Positions 17,870-27,339 of a DNA stretch of 64,000 bases are shown one piece after another. Below the pieces are notes generated by a model. It did not search any database, was not told the DNA's origin, and saw only the letters and a program-made list of their open reading frames with translations. Every line of letters begins with the position of its first letter. The stretch's first letter is position 1. A program made the position numbers and the translations under genes. Source of the DNA: Myxococcales bacterium (GTDB taxonomy: Bacteria > Myxococcota_A > UBA9042 > JABWCM01 > BTVJ01); assembly GCA_045863395.1 (NCBI GenBank), contig BTVJ01000014.1, positions 1 through 64,000 of the forward strand. The letters run 5' to 3'.

Positions 17870-19149
17870 TCCGACTCGTTCGGGTACGGCAGGAGCCGGT
17901 CCCATTGGAGCAGATCGTAGACGTCCGGCCCCTCGGGCAACAGGTGCCGCGGGTCGTCCGCCACCTTGACGAGGAGCCTCCGGTGCGCCTCATTGAGGCC
18001 CGTCTCGCACAACAGGCGGGCGGCGTCGAGGACCCGCCGGACCGCGGCGTCGTCCGCCGCCGGCAGGTCGTCCACCATGCCTCGCAGCGCCAGCTCCCGC
18101 ACCAGACGGACGAAGTCACGGGCACGTCCGCCGGAGTAGTACGCAAGCTCGTCCACGGCCGCCGGCCCGACCAGCAGCTCCGCGGGCAGGTCCGAGGTGC
18201 GCTTCGCGAACATCTCGCGGAAGAAGGCGACGCCCGGGCCGTGACGCGCCGGCTCCTCGTGGCTCAGGACAGGCTCGTTGACCAGCGTGTGGACGCGGAA
18301 CCGCCGGAGCTGGCCCAGGGACATGTGATGCCGCAGAGGGTAGGGGCCGCACACGACGCTGGCGCACGCGAGGCGGCCGATCAGCTCCGACTCGAGGAAC
18401 AGCTCCTTGGCGTGCTCGAAGTCGCTGACCCGGTCGAGCCCATCGACGACCAGGAGCACGCCGCGGTGGTAGTCGCTCTGGATGTCGGAGAACAGGGCGT
18501 TGACCGCGGCGAGCAGCTCCTGGATCTCGCCTCGCTGGTCGGGCAGGGCCGTGCGGGCGAGGCCGAGAGGCAGGGTCCAGCGCGCCGACTTCCCCGCGGC
18601 CTGAAGCACCCGCAGGCCCCCACGGAGGGCGGCGCCGCCGGGGACCACATCCGAGGCGACGACGGCCATCGCCGAGGCGAGGGCCGCCAGGTCGATCTCG
18701 CCCTTCGGTGCGGGGGTCTTCGTCTCTGCTGCGACCGCCTGCCAGGCCTTGCCCAGTGCCTCCAGGCGCTCGTCGCTCCAGGTATGGCCGAGCTGCTCCT
18801 GCGCGGCGCGCAGGAGCGCGACCCCGGCGAGGAAGCACACCTCCCAGCTTCGCACGTGCTTCAGGGCGGCGGTGTCGCCCACCACGTCCCCGAAGTGCCG
18901 CACGAGGTCCAGGAACACCACGAAGTTCTTGCTGGAGCGAACCTCGGCGACCCGCAGCAGCTCCGTGGTCTTCCCCGTCCCGACCGTGCCGACCAGGATG
19001 ATGGGCTCGGGATCGATCGGGGCATCGAGGAAGCGGATGACGTCGGACGCGGGGCTGCGGGGGCGGGCTGCACGCCATGCGGCGTCGTCGGCGGGGCGCT
19101 CGGGATCGAAGCGTCGGTAGATCTCTCTCCAGGTGTCCCTCGGCTCCAT
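17770..19149 (-). CDS. P-loop ATPase (STAND/AAA-like)
   Basis: Walker A GTVGTGKTT, Walker B LLVVDGLDR, YSGGRARD, C-terminal WFYPHPLL. Confidence 0.85.
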   Translation of the reverse strand: MEPRDTWREIYRRFDPERPADDAAWRAARPRSPASDVIRFLDAPIDPEPIILVGTVGTGKTTELLRVAEVRSSKNFVVFLDLVRHFGDVVGDTAALKHVRSWEVCFLAGVALLRAAQEQLGHTWSDERLEALGKAWQAVAAETKTPAPKGEIDLAALASAMAVVASDVVPGGAALRGGLRVLQAAGKSARWTLPLGLARTALPDQRGEIQELLAAVNALFSDIQSDYHRGVLLVVDGLDRVSDFEHAKELFLESELIGRLACASVVCGPYPLRHHMSLGQLRRFRVHTLVNEPVLSHEEPARHGPGVAFFREMFAKRTSDLPAELLVGPAAVDELAYYSGGRARDFVRLVRELALRGMVDDLPAADDAAVRRVLDAARLLCETGLNEAHRRLLVKVADDPRHLLPEGPDVYDLLQWDRLLPYPNESEWFYPHPLLTLRFLAPSGSASSPRRSPSGTAES

Positions 19150-19202
19150 GGGCGTACCCTAGCACGGCACTCGGGACCCGTACAGGGAGCCCGCAGGGAC
19201 CG

Positions 19203-20363
19203 TCACGCCTCGCAACGCAGCTCCCGCGGGGCCTGGACCGGGGTCTCGGCGTACAGGCGGGTGCCGGCGCTCACGCGGAAGCGGCGGCCGCGCCAGGAGA
19301 CGTGGCGGTGGAAGGGGGCGACGGCCCACACGCCGAGGGCGAGGGCCTCCTTGACGGGGCCGAGGGGCAGGGCGGCGAGGAGCCCGGCGCTTCCACGCAG
19401 GCGCACCCACTGGATGGCGTCGCGGGCGGCGCAGAGGGCGACGGCCCACACCAGGGGCAGCCACAGCGCGACCCCGAACAGGGGCGAGGCGGCGGCGACG
19501 GCCAGGGGAGAGAGCAGGGGCTCGAAGGGGTAGGCCAGCGGCTTGAGGCGGCTCCGCAGGAGGCCCCAGCGGAGCTGGCGGTCCAGGAAGCGGCGGACCG
19601 TCGTCTCTGCGCACACGTTGTCGATGACCGTGCCGGCGATGCGGACCTCGTAGCCCGCGGCGCGGAACATGCGCCCGAGCACGTAGTCCTCGGCGAGCAG
19701 CGTGGCGACGCTCTCCAGGCCCCCGAGGCGCTCCAGGGTGGAGCGGCGGAACATCATGGACTTGCCGACGGTCACGGTGCGCCCGGACAGCTCCGCCGAG
19801 GCGGCGACGGAGCCCGCGATGGGCCCGTTGAGGTGCAGGTTCTCGAAGGTGGCGCCGAGGCTCCGCTCGCCGACGCCCGCGAACAGGCTCGTGACCATGC
19901 CGGTGTTGGGGCGGAGCAGGTGCGCGAGCATGTCCTCGACGTAGTCCGGGCGCGCGGCGACGTTGGAGTCGCTGATCAGGACCACGTCGTGGGCGCCGGC
20001 CTCCAGCATGGCGCGCAGGTTGGAGATCTTCGGGTTGAGGGCGCGGCGGCCGTCGTGGATGACGAGCCGGCAGGCGACGTCCGGGTGGCGCTCGCGGAGG
20101 CGCCGGACCACCGAGACGGCCGGGTCGTCCTCACCCTCGACGCCGAACACCAGCTCCAGGTGCGGCCAGGTCTGCTGGAAGAAGGTCTCCAGGTTGGCCT
20201 CCAGGGCGTCATCGGCGCCGCACAGGGGCTTGAGGACCGTCACGGGCGTGGCGTCGCCTGGGGGGAGGCACAGGCGACGCCGACGGCTGGTGGCTCGCAA
20301 GACGGACGCGACGGACAGGGTGACGGCGACGGTCGTGAAGGCGATGAGCGCTGGGTAGAGCAT
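19203..20363 (-). CDS. ceramide glucosyltransferase-like / HpnI-like glycosyltransferase (GT21/GT2)
   Basis: N-terminal TM; VTVLKPLCG, LNPKISNL, ISDSNV, LAEDY, RQLRW motifs; GAAGGAG RBS. Confidence 0.88.
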   Translation of the reverse strand: MLYPALIAFTTVAVTLSVASVLRATSRRRRLCLPPGDATPVTVLKPLCGADDALEANLETFFQQTWPHLELVFGVEGEDDPAVSVVRRLRERHPDVACRLVIHDGRRALNPKISNLRAMLEAGAHDVVLISDSNVAARPDYVEDMLAHLLRPNTGMVTSLFAGVGERSLGATFENLHLNGPIAGSVAASAELSGRTVTVGKSMMFRRSTLERLGGLESVATLLAEDYVLGRMFRAAGYEVRIAGTVIDNVCAETTVRRFLDRQLRWGLLRSRLKPLAYPFEPLLSPLAVAAASPLFGVALWLPLVWAVALCAARDAIQWVRLRGSAGLLAALPLGPVKEALALGVWAVAPFHRHVSWRGRRFRVSAGTRLYAETPVQAPRELRCEA

Positions 20364-20565
20364 GGTGGTCTCCTTCGTGGGTGTTCCGACTCTCCGGTCG
20401 GTGGGCTGTAGTGCCAGCGCCATGCCAGGGGGGTGGTCTGAATGATCTCAATGGGTTGCCCCGCCAGCCGCGAAGCGGGGCGCGCGCCCCGAGCGGAGCA
20501 GCCGCGTAGAAGGATTCGCGCCGCCGTGCTACCATCCGGGCTCACGACACCAACGGAGCGCGTCC

Positions 20566-21885
20566 ATGGGGCTCATCTCACCGAAGTGCACGAGCTGCGG
20601 GGCATCGCTGCCGCCCCGCGAGGAGGGGGGCCTCGTCACCTGCGACTACTGCGGGTGCCGCTTCCAGCCCAAGACGCCCCCACCCGAGCCCAAGCCGAAG
20701 CCCCAGCGCCCGAAGCCCCAGGCTCCCCCCAAGGACTCTCCCAGGGGGCCCACCGAGGTCATCATCCAGGCCCCGCCGGTGCTCGTCGTCAAGCCCGCCG
20801 CCCGCGGCGGCTGTGGGGTGGTCCTCGCCGCCCTGATGGTGGTGATCATGACGGGGGCCGTGGCGGTCTTTCTGCTGGTCGGAAAGGACGGGGTCATCGC
20901 CTTCGGCGAGCGCATCGTCAACGAGGTGGCGAAGGCGGGGGGGCAGAGGACCCTCTGGGACTCGGTGGGCGGCTCCCCGCTGCCGGTGACCATCGCCGGA
21001 GAGCCCGCGGTCATCGGCCGCGTGCGCACCATGCCGGACGACAACCTGGTGGTCGGCGCCTTTCGCCCGACCAGCGGTGAGCCCCTGTGGACCGTCGAGG
21101 ACCTGGGCACCTACACGGAGGGCTACCAGCACACGCGCTACGCGGTGGCGGCGGGGAGGCTGCTCGTGTCGGACTCCCGCGGCCGCGTGCGGGTCGTCGC
21201 GCTGCGGGACGGGCGGGTGGAGCGCGTGGTCACCCTGTCGGACAAGGTGCAGCACCTGTGTGTCATCGACGGGGGCAAGGCGGCGTGGCTGGACGTCATC
21301 GACGAGCGCCCCCTGCGCCTGGACCCCGAGACGGGAGCGACCGAGCCCATGGCGCGCCCGGCCCAGTGCCCCCAGTGGGCGGTGTGGCGCCGCAACGAGG
21401 ACCGGGTCGCGGCGGCGGCCAAGGCCCCGCCCATCCCCGGGTTCACCGCGAAGCGCGTCCTGCGGGTGGGATCGACCGCGGTGGCCGCCGGCGTCAAGAG
21501 CCCCGGCACGGCAGTACCCCAGGCGGTCGGCTTCGATCCAGCGTCGGGCGCAGTGGCGTGGCGCGTCACGGTGCCCTCGGTGGACCCCAACTCCGTCCAG
21601 GGGGACGCCTTCGAGGCGGACGACCTGAACGTCGGGCGCTATGTCGCGGCCTACGGGGTGGGCACCAAGGGCTACCGGGTGGCGGCGTTCGACGCCAAGA
21701 CGGGCAACCGGGTGTGGGACGTCGAGCTGCGGCGCCTGTTTGCGGTCGATCGGGTCGACGAGCTGGTGGTGTCCAAGCGCTACGTCTACGTGGTGCGGAC
21801 GAGCTCCCTCGACGTGCTCGAGCTGGCCACGGGGAAGCGCGCCTCCACCATCGGGGACGACACCTACGAGGACGTCATGAAGTGA
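20566..21885 (+). CDS. zinc ribbon + TM + PQQ-like beta-propeller protein
   Basis: CTSCGA...CDYCG, Pro/Lys linker, single TM, repeats AFRPTSGEPLW / GFDPASGAVAW / AFDAKTGNRVW. Confidence 0.8.
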   Translation: MGLISPKCTSCGASLPPREEGGLVTCDYCGCRFQPKTPPPEPKPKPQRPKPQAPPKDSPRGPTEVIIQAPPVLVVKPAARGGCGVVLAALMVVIMTGAVAVFLLVGKDGVIAFGERIVNEVAKAGGQRTLWDSVGGSPLPVTIAGEPAVIGRVRTMPDDNLVVGAFRPTSGEPLWTVEDLGTYTEGYQHTRYAVAAGRLLVSDSRGRVRVVALRDGRVERVVTLSDKVQHLCVIDGGKAAWLDVIDERPLRLDPETGATEPMARPAQCPQWAVWRRNEDRVAAAAKAPPIPGFTAKRVLRVGSTAVAAGVKSPGTAVPQAVGFDPASGAVAWRVTVPSVDPNSVQGDAFEADDLNVGRYVAAYGVGTKGYRVAAFDAKTGNRVWDVELRRLFAVDRVDELVVSKRYVYVVRTSSLDVLELATGKRASTIGDDTYEDVMK

Positions 21886-21890
21886 GATGG

Positions 21891-22820
21891 TCAGCGCTCG
21901 GGTGGTCGAGGGGCCTTCACGTGAATCTCGAGTGGGCGGCTGGCCACGATGCTCTCCACCCCCTTGTCGAGCGTGGGCTCCTCGCCAGCCGTGAGGGCCG
22001 CGATGGCGCCCTGGCCCGGGTCGGACGTTGCCGCGACGACTCGGACGCGGTTCGCCCCCCTGGTCAGGAGCCTTGCGGGGAGCACCACGGCCATCTCACC
22101 TGGGCGCACCGCCGCGATGGCGCCGGTGGTCCCGTCGCTCCCCGGGACGTGGAGCTCTTCGTTCCAGGGGACGCCGTTGCGGACGGCGGATGCGGCGTCC
22201 GCCGGCAGTGACGCGGTCAGGACGAGGGGGCGGCCCCCGCGCGCGTCGGTCACCACCCCGAGCCACAGGTACGGGGAGCCGATGGCCCTCGTGGGCAGCG
22301 GCATCCGGAGGCGCAGCAGGTGCTCCGGCGCGACGGAGACCGGAGTGGTCAGCGGCCGGACGCGCGGCTCCCCGGGGACGCCCGCCTCGATGAGCTCCAC
22401 GGTCGCCTCCGCCGCTTCGGCGCGCTGGCTCGTCGCCTTCCCGGTCGTCACCGCGATGAGCACCGCGGAGACCACGACCACCGCAAGGCTACCCAGCGCG
22501 AGCCACCGCCGGGGGCGGGGCCCCTCTACGTCCTCGGGCGTCCCGTAGAGCTGGTTGTAGGCCGTGGTGTGGTCCCTGGTCGCCATGGCCTCGATGCCCC
22601 CCAGCAGCAGGCGCTCCAGGCGTGCGCCGGCGCGGGGATCGCCACCCGACAGGGCACGCAGGTCCGCCAGGGTGCGATACCCGGAGCTGATGCACTGCTC
22701 GCAGTGGGCCACCATCTCCTGGAGATTGTCCTCCCTGCGAAGGTCCCCATCGAGCCCGAGCGCCAGCCCGAGCAGGCCGTCCTCGTGGGCGCTGCCATGC
22801 TGGCTGGGGATGGCGCTCAT
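21891..22820 (-). CDS. single-pass membrane protein, possible anti-sigma factor
   Basis: N-terminal HCEQC, TM WLALGSLAVVVVSAVLIAV, extracytoplasmic C-terminus; ATGA overlap with the upstream gene. Confidence 0.6.
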   Translation of the reverse strand: MSAIPSQHGSAHEDGLLGLALGLDGDLRREDNLQEMVAHCEQCISSGYRTLADLRALSGGDPRAGARLERLLLGGIEAMATRDHTTAYNQLYGTPEDVEGPRPRRWLALGSLAVVVVSAVLIAVTTGKATSQRAEAAEATVELIEAGVPGEPRVRPLTTPVSVAPEHLLRLRMPLPTRAIGSPYLWLGVVTDARGGRPLVLTASLPADAASAVRNGVPWNEELHVPGSDGTTGAIAAVRPGEMAVVLPARLLTRGANRVRVVAATSDPGQGAIAALTAGEEPTLDKGVESIVASRPLEIHVKAPRPPER

Positions 22821-23410
22821 GACAGGCCCTCCTCGCGCAGCGCCGCCTCGCGGGCCTCGATGGCTGCCCGGACTCTCCCCAGGAGCTGGCGGGTCGCCGC
22901 CAGCAGGGCGGTGTCGTCGCCCTCGGGCCACCGGGCGGCCCGCTGTGCCATCGGGGCGCTGTCGGACTCCAGGAGCACCTGGAGGAAGCGCTGCTCGGGG
23001 AGCGGGAGCGCCTCGACGCAGATCCGCACGTGGGCTTGTCGCCAGTGCCCGTCCTGGGGAGCGGGGGCGCCATGCGGTTGCGATGTGCCATCTCGCGGCG
23101 TGGTGCGTGCCGCCCGGGGCGGCTCGGGCGTGGGCTCCAGAGCAGGGGTGTCCACCGGTGGGCGGACGCGGCTGAACCCGGCGTTGAGGACGACGGCGTG
23201 GAGCAGCTCGTAGGCGGTGCTCCACAGCTCGGACGTCGACCACTGATCCAGCTCCGCCTCGCCGTAGGTCTGGATGAGCTGCTCGTGGGCCAGGTCGGCG
23301 AGGGCCGCGGCGGTGGGGAAGTGCGCGGCGCCTTGGCGGTGCGCCACCATGACGGCGGCGCGGGCACGCAGATCATCGCGGAGCTTTGCAAGGGTTCGAT
23401 TGAGGCTCAT
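22817..23410 (-). CDS. hypothetical protein, possibly a divergent ECF-sigma-like factor
   Basis: About 197 aa; two helical domains joined by a Pro-rich linker; VRICVEALPLPEQRFL resembles the start of sigma region 4. Confidence 0.55.
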   Translation of the reverse strand: MSLNRTLAKLRDDLRARAAVMVAHRQGAAHFPTAAALADLAHEQLIQTYGEAELDQWSTSELWSTAYELLHAVVLNAGFSRVRPPVDTPALEPTPEPPRAARTTPRDGTSQPHGAPAPQDGHWRQAHVRICVEALPLPEQRFLQVLLESDSAPMAQRAARWPEGDDTALLAATRQLLGRVRAAIEAREAALREEGLS

Positions 23411-23513
23411 GGGGTGCACCCGTGGGTGATCTGTGCGAACCATCGTTCACGGACCACGGGATGTCAACCGCGGGTCGACACGACGGCCCTTGGGCGGTGA
23501 CCCTGCCCGTGGT

Positions 23514-24122
23514 ATGACTTCCGCCATGGCCGCGCTCCTCACCCAGGATGCCTTCTCCCGCGCGCTGGTCGCCCACGACCCGCGGTTGATTCCGACGGCC
23601 GTGGCGCCCCGCCGCGCCGCGGTCGCCATGCTGCTGCGCTGGGAGCGGGCCGCTCCGGACGCGCTGCTCATGCGGCGGGTACACCGGGAGGACGACCGCT
23701 GGTCGGGGCACGTGTCGTTCCCGGGGGGCATGGCGAGTGAGGGAGACCGGGACCTGCTCGACACGGCGATCCGCGAGACGGCCGAGGAGGTGGGTGTGGA
23801 CCTGCGGGCGTCCGCGCGGCTGCTCGGCCGATGCGACGACCAGATCGCCATCGCCCGCGGGAGGGTGCTCCCCATGGCGATCACGCCCTTCGTGTTTGCG
23901 CAGACTGCGCCCGTGAGCCTGGAGCTGGGGCCGGAGGCGGAGTCCGCCGTGTGGCTGCCGCTCGACAGGGTCGCGTCGGGTGAGCTGGACACCGCCTACG
24001 AGTACAAGCTCGGGCCCGTGCCCATGAGGCTCCCGAGCTGGCGCTACGATGGCTACACGGTCTGGGGGCTCACCCATGGGATGCTGTCACGGCTCCTGAC
24101 CTTGGTCGCGGATCCGCGGTAG
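23514..24122 (+). CDS. Nudix hydrolase, CoA pyrophosphatase (NudL-like)
   Basis: RRAAVAMLL, WSGHVSFPGG, AIRETAEEVG, VWGLT motifs; ATG 23526 is an alternative start. Confidence 0.9.
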   Translation: MTSAMAALLTQDAFSRALVAHDPRLIPTAVAPRRAAVAMLLRWERAAPDALLMRRVHREDDRWSGHVSFPGGMASEGDRDLLDTAIRETAEEVGVDLRASARLLGRCDDQIAIARGRVLPMAITPFVFAQTAPVSLELGPEAESAVWLPLDRVASGELDTAYEYKLGPVPMRLPSWRYDGYTVWGLTHGMLSRLLTLVADPR

Positions 24123-24133
24123 GTGCCACGCGA

Positions 24134-25636
24134 TCAGCGCAGGCCAAGGCGCCGGGGCAGCTCGACGAGCAGCGCCTCGTCGGCGGCCTCCGGGGTCTCG
24201 CCGAACGCCACCACGTCCAGCTTGCCCCGCCTGGCCAGCGGGCCGACGTTGTAGACGACGAATCGCCCGGTGCGCGTGGCGGGGCTCCACAGGGAGTCGC
24301 CCAGGGAGGCGAGCACCTCGGTGAAGGAGGCCCCGCGAAGGCCGGCGTGGAGCACGTCCTGGGCGCGGTAGGTGGGGCGCGGGGCCCCGGCGACCCGGTC
24401 CACGAGGTGCATGGGTGTGCTGGTCCCGCCCCAGCGGCCGTTGCACTCGGCGAAGCGCAGCGTGAAGTCCCCGTGGGGGTCACCGACGACCAGCAGGTCG
24501 AAGGAGCACCGCCCCACGTAGCCGAGGGCCTGGAGCGCGGCCGCCACGAGGACCGACGCCCGGCCCATGCGCTCGTTGACCGGGGCCGGCAGCGTGGTCG
24601 GGCGGCTGCCGACGAAGACCTTCTCCGGGCCCTCGAGGAGCTGCTCGTAGATGCCCTCCAGGACGGGGGCGCCTTGGCCCACCGGGGGGATCCAGAGCTG
24701 GGTGGACGGGGAGAGATCCGTCTCCTCCCAGGCGACGACCAGCACCTCCTCGCCAGGGGGCCACTCGGTGCGCGCCAGGAAGGCGTCGAGTGTAGCGCGC
24801 AGGGCCGGGCGGTCCATGGCGAGGAGGTTCGCAGAGAGGAAGACATGGTTGCCCATGGCCGACGCGCACCGGGTGCGCTTGACACCGACGCGGCGGTGCC
24901 GGCTGGCGGTCGCCGCCAAGGCGTCGACCAGCACCGCGGGGTCTGCGGACACGGTCGTCTCTACGATCCAGTCCCGCCCGATGGCGGCGGCGACCACCTC
25001 CGAGAACAGGGCCTTGTCGTTGGCGACCCAGGTGACCGGCGGCGGCGGTCCCAGGACCTCCACCGGGGCTCCGGAGCCGGCGGCCACCAGGGCGGCCAGC
25101 TCCCACACGTCCTCGACGCCCATGTAGGGGTGGATGCAGAGGCCCCCGGCAGCTCGAGCGCGGGCCACCAGGTGGCTCCGTGTGTCCCCCTCGGAGCAGG
25201 CTCGGGCGACCTGCATGGGGTTCCCGCCGCCACCGGCGCGCAGGAGCTCCGGCGCGCCCAGACGCAGCGTGTCCCGGCAGTAGCGCTCGTAACCGTCGGC
25301 GGCGGCAGTCACGGTCACGAAGAGGTCGCCGTCGCCAGCACGGATCCGCGCGCGGTGCTGGTACTCCTCGACGCCGGGGACGTCCATCACGAAGGGGATC
25401 GCGCTGATGTCCTCCAGGTGCAGCGTCGGCTTGCCGGCAGTGCGGCCGCGCCAGGCGTGTGCAGTGAACGAGCGCAGGCGCTCCCCGAGGCCCAGGCGCC
25501 CAGCGAGCGGCGCCGCGCTCTGGCGCGCGGCCTCCAGGGAGGCATCATCGAGGGGCGGCAGGTGCTGCATGAGGTGTCGCTCAACGGGGCTGAGGGTGCG
25601 GGGCGCACTGTGGCAGGGGGGCGCGGTCGAAATCAA
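24134..25636 (-). CDS. ATP-grasp ligase with pre-ATP-grasp domain (PGM1-like peptide ligase family)
   Basis: ANDKALF, VGVKRTRCASAMGN, GYVGRCSFD, FAECNGRWGGTSTP. Start uncertain (TTG 25636 or ATG 25570). Confidence 0.75.
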   Translation of the reverse strand: MISTAPPCHSAPRTLSPVERHLMQHLPPLDDASLEAARQSAAPLAGRLGLGERLRSFTAHAWRGRTAGKPTLHLEDISAIPFVMDVPGVEEYQHRARIRAGDGDLFVTVTAAADGYERYCRDTLRLGAPELLRAGGGGNPMQVARACSEGDTRSHLVARARAAGGLCIHPYMGVEDVWELAALVAAGSGAPVEVLGPPPPVTWVANDKALFSEVVAAAIGRDWIVETTVSADPAVLVDALAATASRHRRVGVKRTRCASAMGNHVFLSANLLAMDRPALRATLDAFLARTEWPPGEEVLVVAWEETDLSPSTQLWIPPVGQGAPVLEGIYEQLLEGPEKVFVGSRPTTLPAPVNERMGRASVLVAAALQALGYVGRCSFDLLVVGDPHGDFTLRFAECNGRWGGTSTPMHLVDRVAGAPRPTYRAQDVLHAGLRGASFTEVLASLGDSLWSPATRTGRFVVYNVGPLARRGKLDVVAFGETPEAADEALLVELPRRLGLR

Positions 25637-25643
25637 GGGAGCC

Positions 25644-27239
25644 TCAGATCACCTGGATCCGGTCGATCAGGATGCGGACCCCGCCCTCGGTGGGAGTGAA
25701 GGGCAGGCAGTTCGGCTCGGTGGGCACGGGGAGCCCGATCCGCAGGAGGCCCTTCATGTTGGCCAGGTCGGTGATGTTCACGTCGACGTTCACGAAGGGG
25801 GAGACCTGCCAGACCTCGCCGTCCAGCTCGACCTCCGTGGCGCTGACCAGGGCACCGGTCGTGGCGGTGGACGAAGCGCCCGCCATGAGCACGGAGGCGA
25901 ACGCCTTGGTGGACTCCAGGGACCAGTCGCCGCTGGTCGCCACGGCCAGGGTGACGCGCAGCAGGGTCTTGTACTTCGGGATGTCCGCCGTGGTGACGTG
26001 GTCGGTCGGGGCGTCGGGGGCGACTGACATGACCGCCATGGCCCCGCCGGTCGGCGCCGTGACGGTGCCGAAGGCGGGCGTCACCTCGACGAAGGGGCTG
26101 CTCGGGAAGAGGGAGCCGCCAGAGAAGTCCCAGGAGGCGCCGAGCTTCGCGGGCGGCAGCGTCGGGATGCTCGTCACGTGGTCGGGGACCGGCTGAGACA
26201 CGTTCCCCGCCAGATCGGCGACGGGGGCGACGGCCACGAGGAGCTGGGCTCCCGGCGGGTAGGCGGGCTCGGGCACGATGCGCCAGCGGGTCGCGGCCCC
26301 TGGAGGGCCCTCGAGGCCGAGCGAAGTGAGGCTGAAGGGCGCGCTCTCGTCATCCACCAGGTGATCGATGGCTGCTGCCAGGGCCGTGCCCGCGACGGGC
26401 TCGCCGCAAGACAGCGTGAAGCCCAGCGCCGGCCAGGTCCCGGAGACCGACGCAGAGACCTTCGGCGGCGTCGTGTCGGGCACACCGGCCGCGGTGGCGG
26501 TGAACTCCGTGGTGTCGCAGATGCAGTCTCCGTCGATTGTGCTGATCTTGCCCCCCCACGTGCCCTCCAGCACGTCGGCGCTCCCGTCCCCGTCCGTGTC
26601 GATGCCGTCCAGCAGCAGGTGGATCTCGTCCAGGTTCGTCCCCATGCAGGGGTGGGAGGACCAGGCCGTGAAGGTCAGGTCCAGCGGCTCTCCGGGTGTG
26701 ACGGAGCCGGTCGCGGCCACCGCCCCGCCCGCCCCCCAGAAGTACACCCACGGCTCCAGGGTGGCGTCGTCTCGGAGCAGGATCTGGACCCCACCCTCCA
26801 GGAGCTCCTCGATCTCCGCGTCCACGAGGCTCGGGAGGAGCGCGTCCTCCATAGCGAGGACGGAGCCCGGCGTGATCGTCACCTGCCAGGCAGTGCCGGG
26901 CTCCCACGAGTTGACGACCACGGGCACGATGCCGGCGTCCACGTCGCCGTCCTCCGGCTCGCCGTCTCCGGAGTCACTGTCCGCATCAAGCCCGACGTCG
27001 CCCGTGGTGTCTCCCCCGACGGCTTCGGTGTCGCTGGTCCCGTCCACCGCGTCCGGCAGGGCGCCGTCAGGACTCTCGGACGCCGTATCGAGGGAGTCTG
27101 GCGACCCGTCCATCGGGTCCGTCGAATCGACGGCCGTGTCTGATGGCGTGACGCCGCTGTCCGAGGCGTCGAGCACAGCGCCAGGATCCGCGTCACCACA
27201 GGCGACCAGCAGGACAGGGAGCAGGATGAGACGGCGCAT
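25644..27239 (-). CDS. hypothetical lipoprotein with acidic low-complexity linker and Ig-like domain
   Basis: MRRLILLPVLLVAC lipobox, GGGAGG RBS, Asp-rich linker, DTTPPKV...VADLAGN Ig-like pattern. Confidence 0.75.
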   Translation of the reverse strand: MRRLILLPVLLVACGDADPGAVLDASDSGVTPSDTAVDSTDPMDGSPDSLDTASESPDGALPDAVDGTSDTEAVGGDTTGDVGLDADSDSGDGEPEDGDVDAGIVPVVVNSWEPGTAWQVTITPGSVLAMEDALLPSLVDAEIEELLEGGVQILLRDDATLEPWVYFWGAGGAVAATGSVTPGEPLDLTFTAWSSHPCMGTNLDEIHLLLDGIDTDGDGSADVLEGTWGGKISTIDGDCICDTTEFTATAAGVPDTTPPKVSASVSGTWPALGFTLSCGEPVAGTALAAAIDHLVDDESAPFSLTSLGLEGPPGAATRWRIVPEPAYPPGAQLLVAVAPVADLAGNVSQPVPDHVTSIPTLPPAKLGASWDFSGGSLFPSSPFVEVTPAFGTVTAPTGGAMAVMSVAPDAPTDHVTTADIPKYKTLLRVTLAVATSGDWSLESTKAFASVLMAGASSTATTGALVSATEVELDGEVWQVSPFVNVDVNITDLANMKGLLRIGLPVPTEPNCLPFTPTEGGVRILIDRIQVI

Positions 27240-27339
27240 GGAGACCTCCCCGAGCGTTCGTGCCGGAGAGGCTACTCCTCGCACCTCTGGGTCGCAAGGC
27301 CGCCCGTCCCTGGGGGCGTTGGAGAGGGCCTCGCGGACG

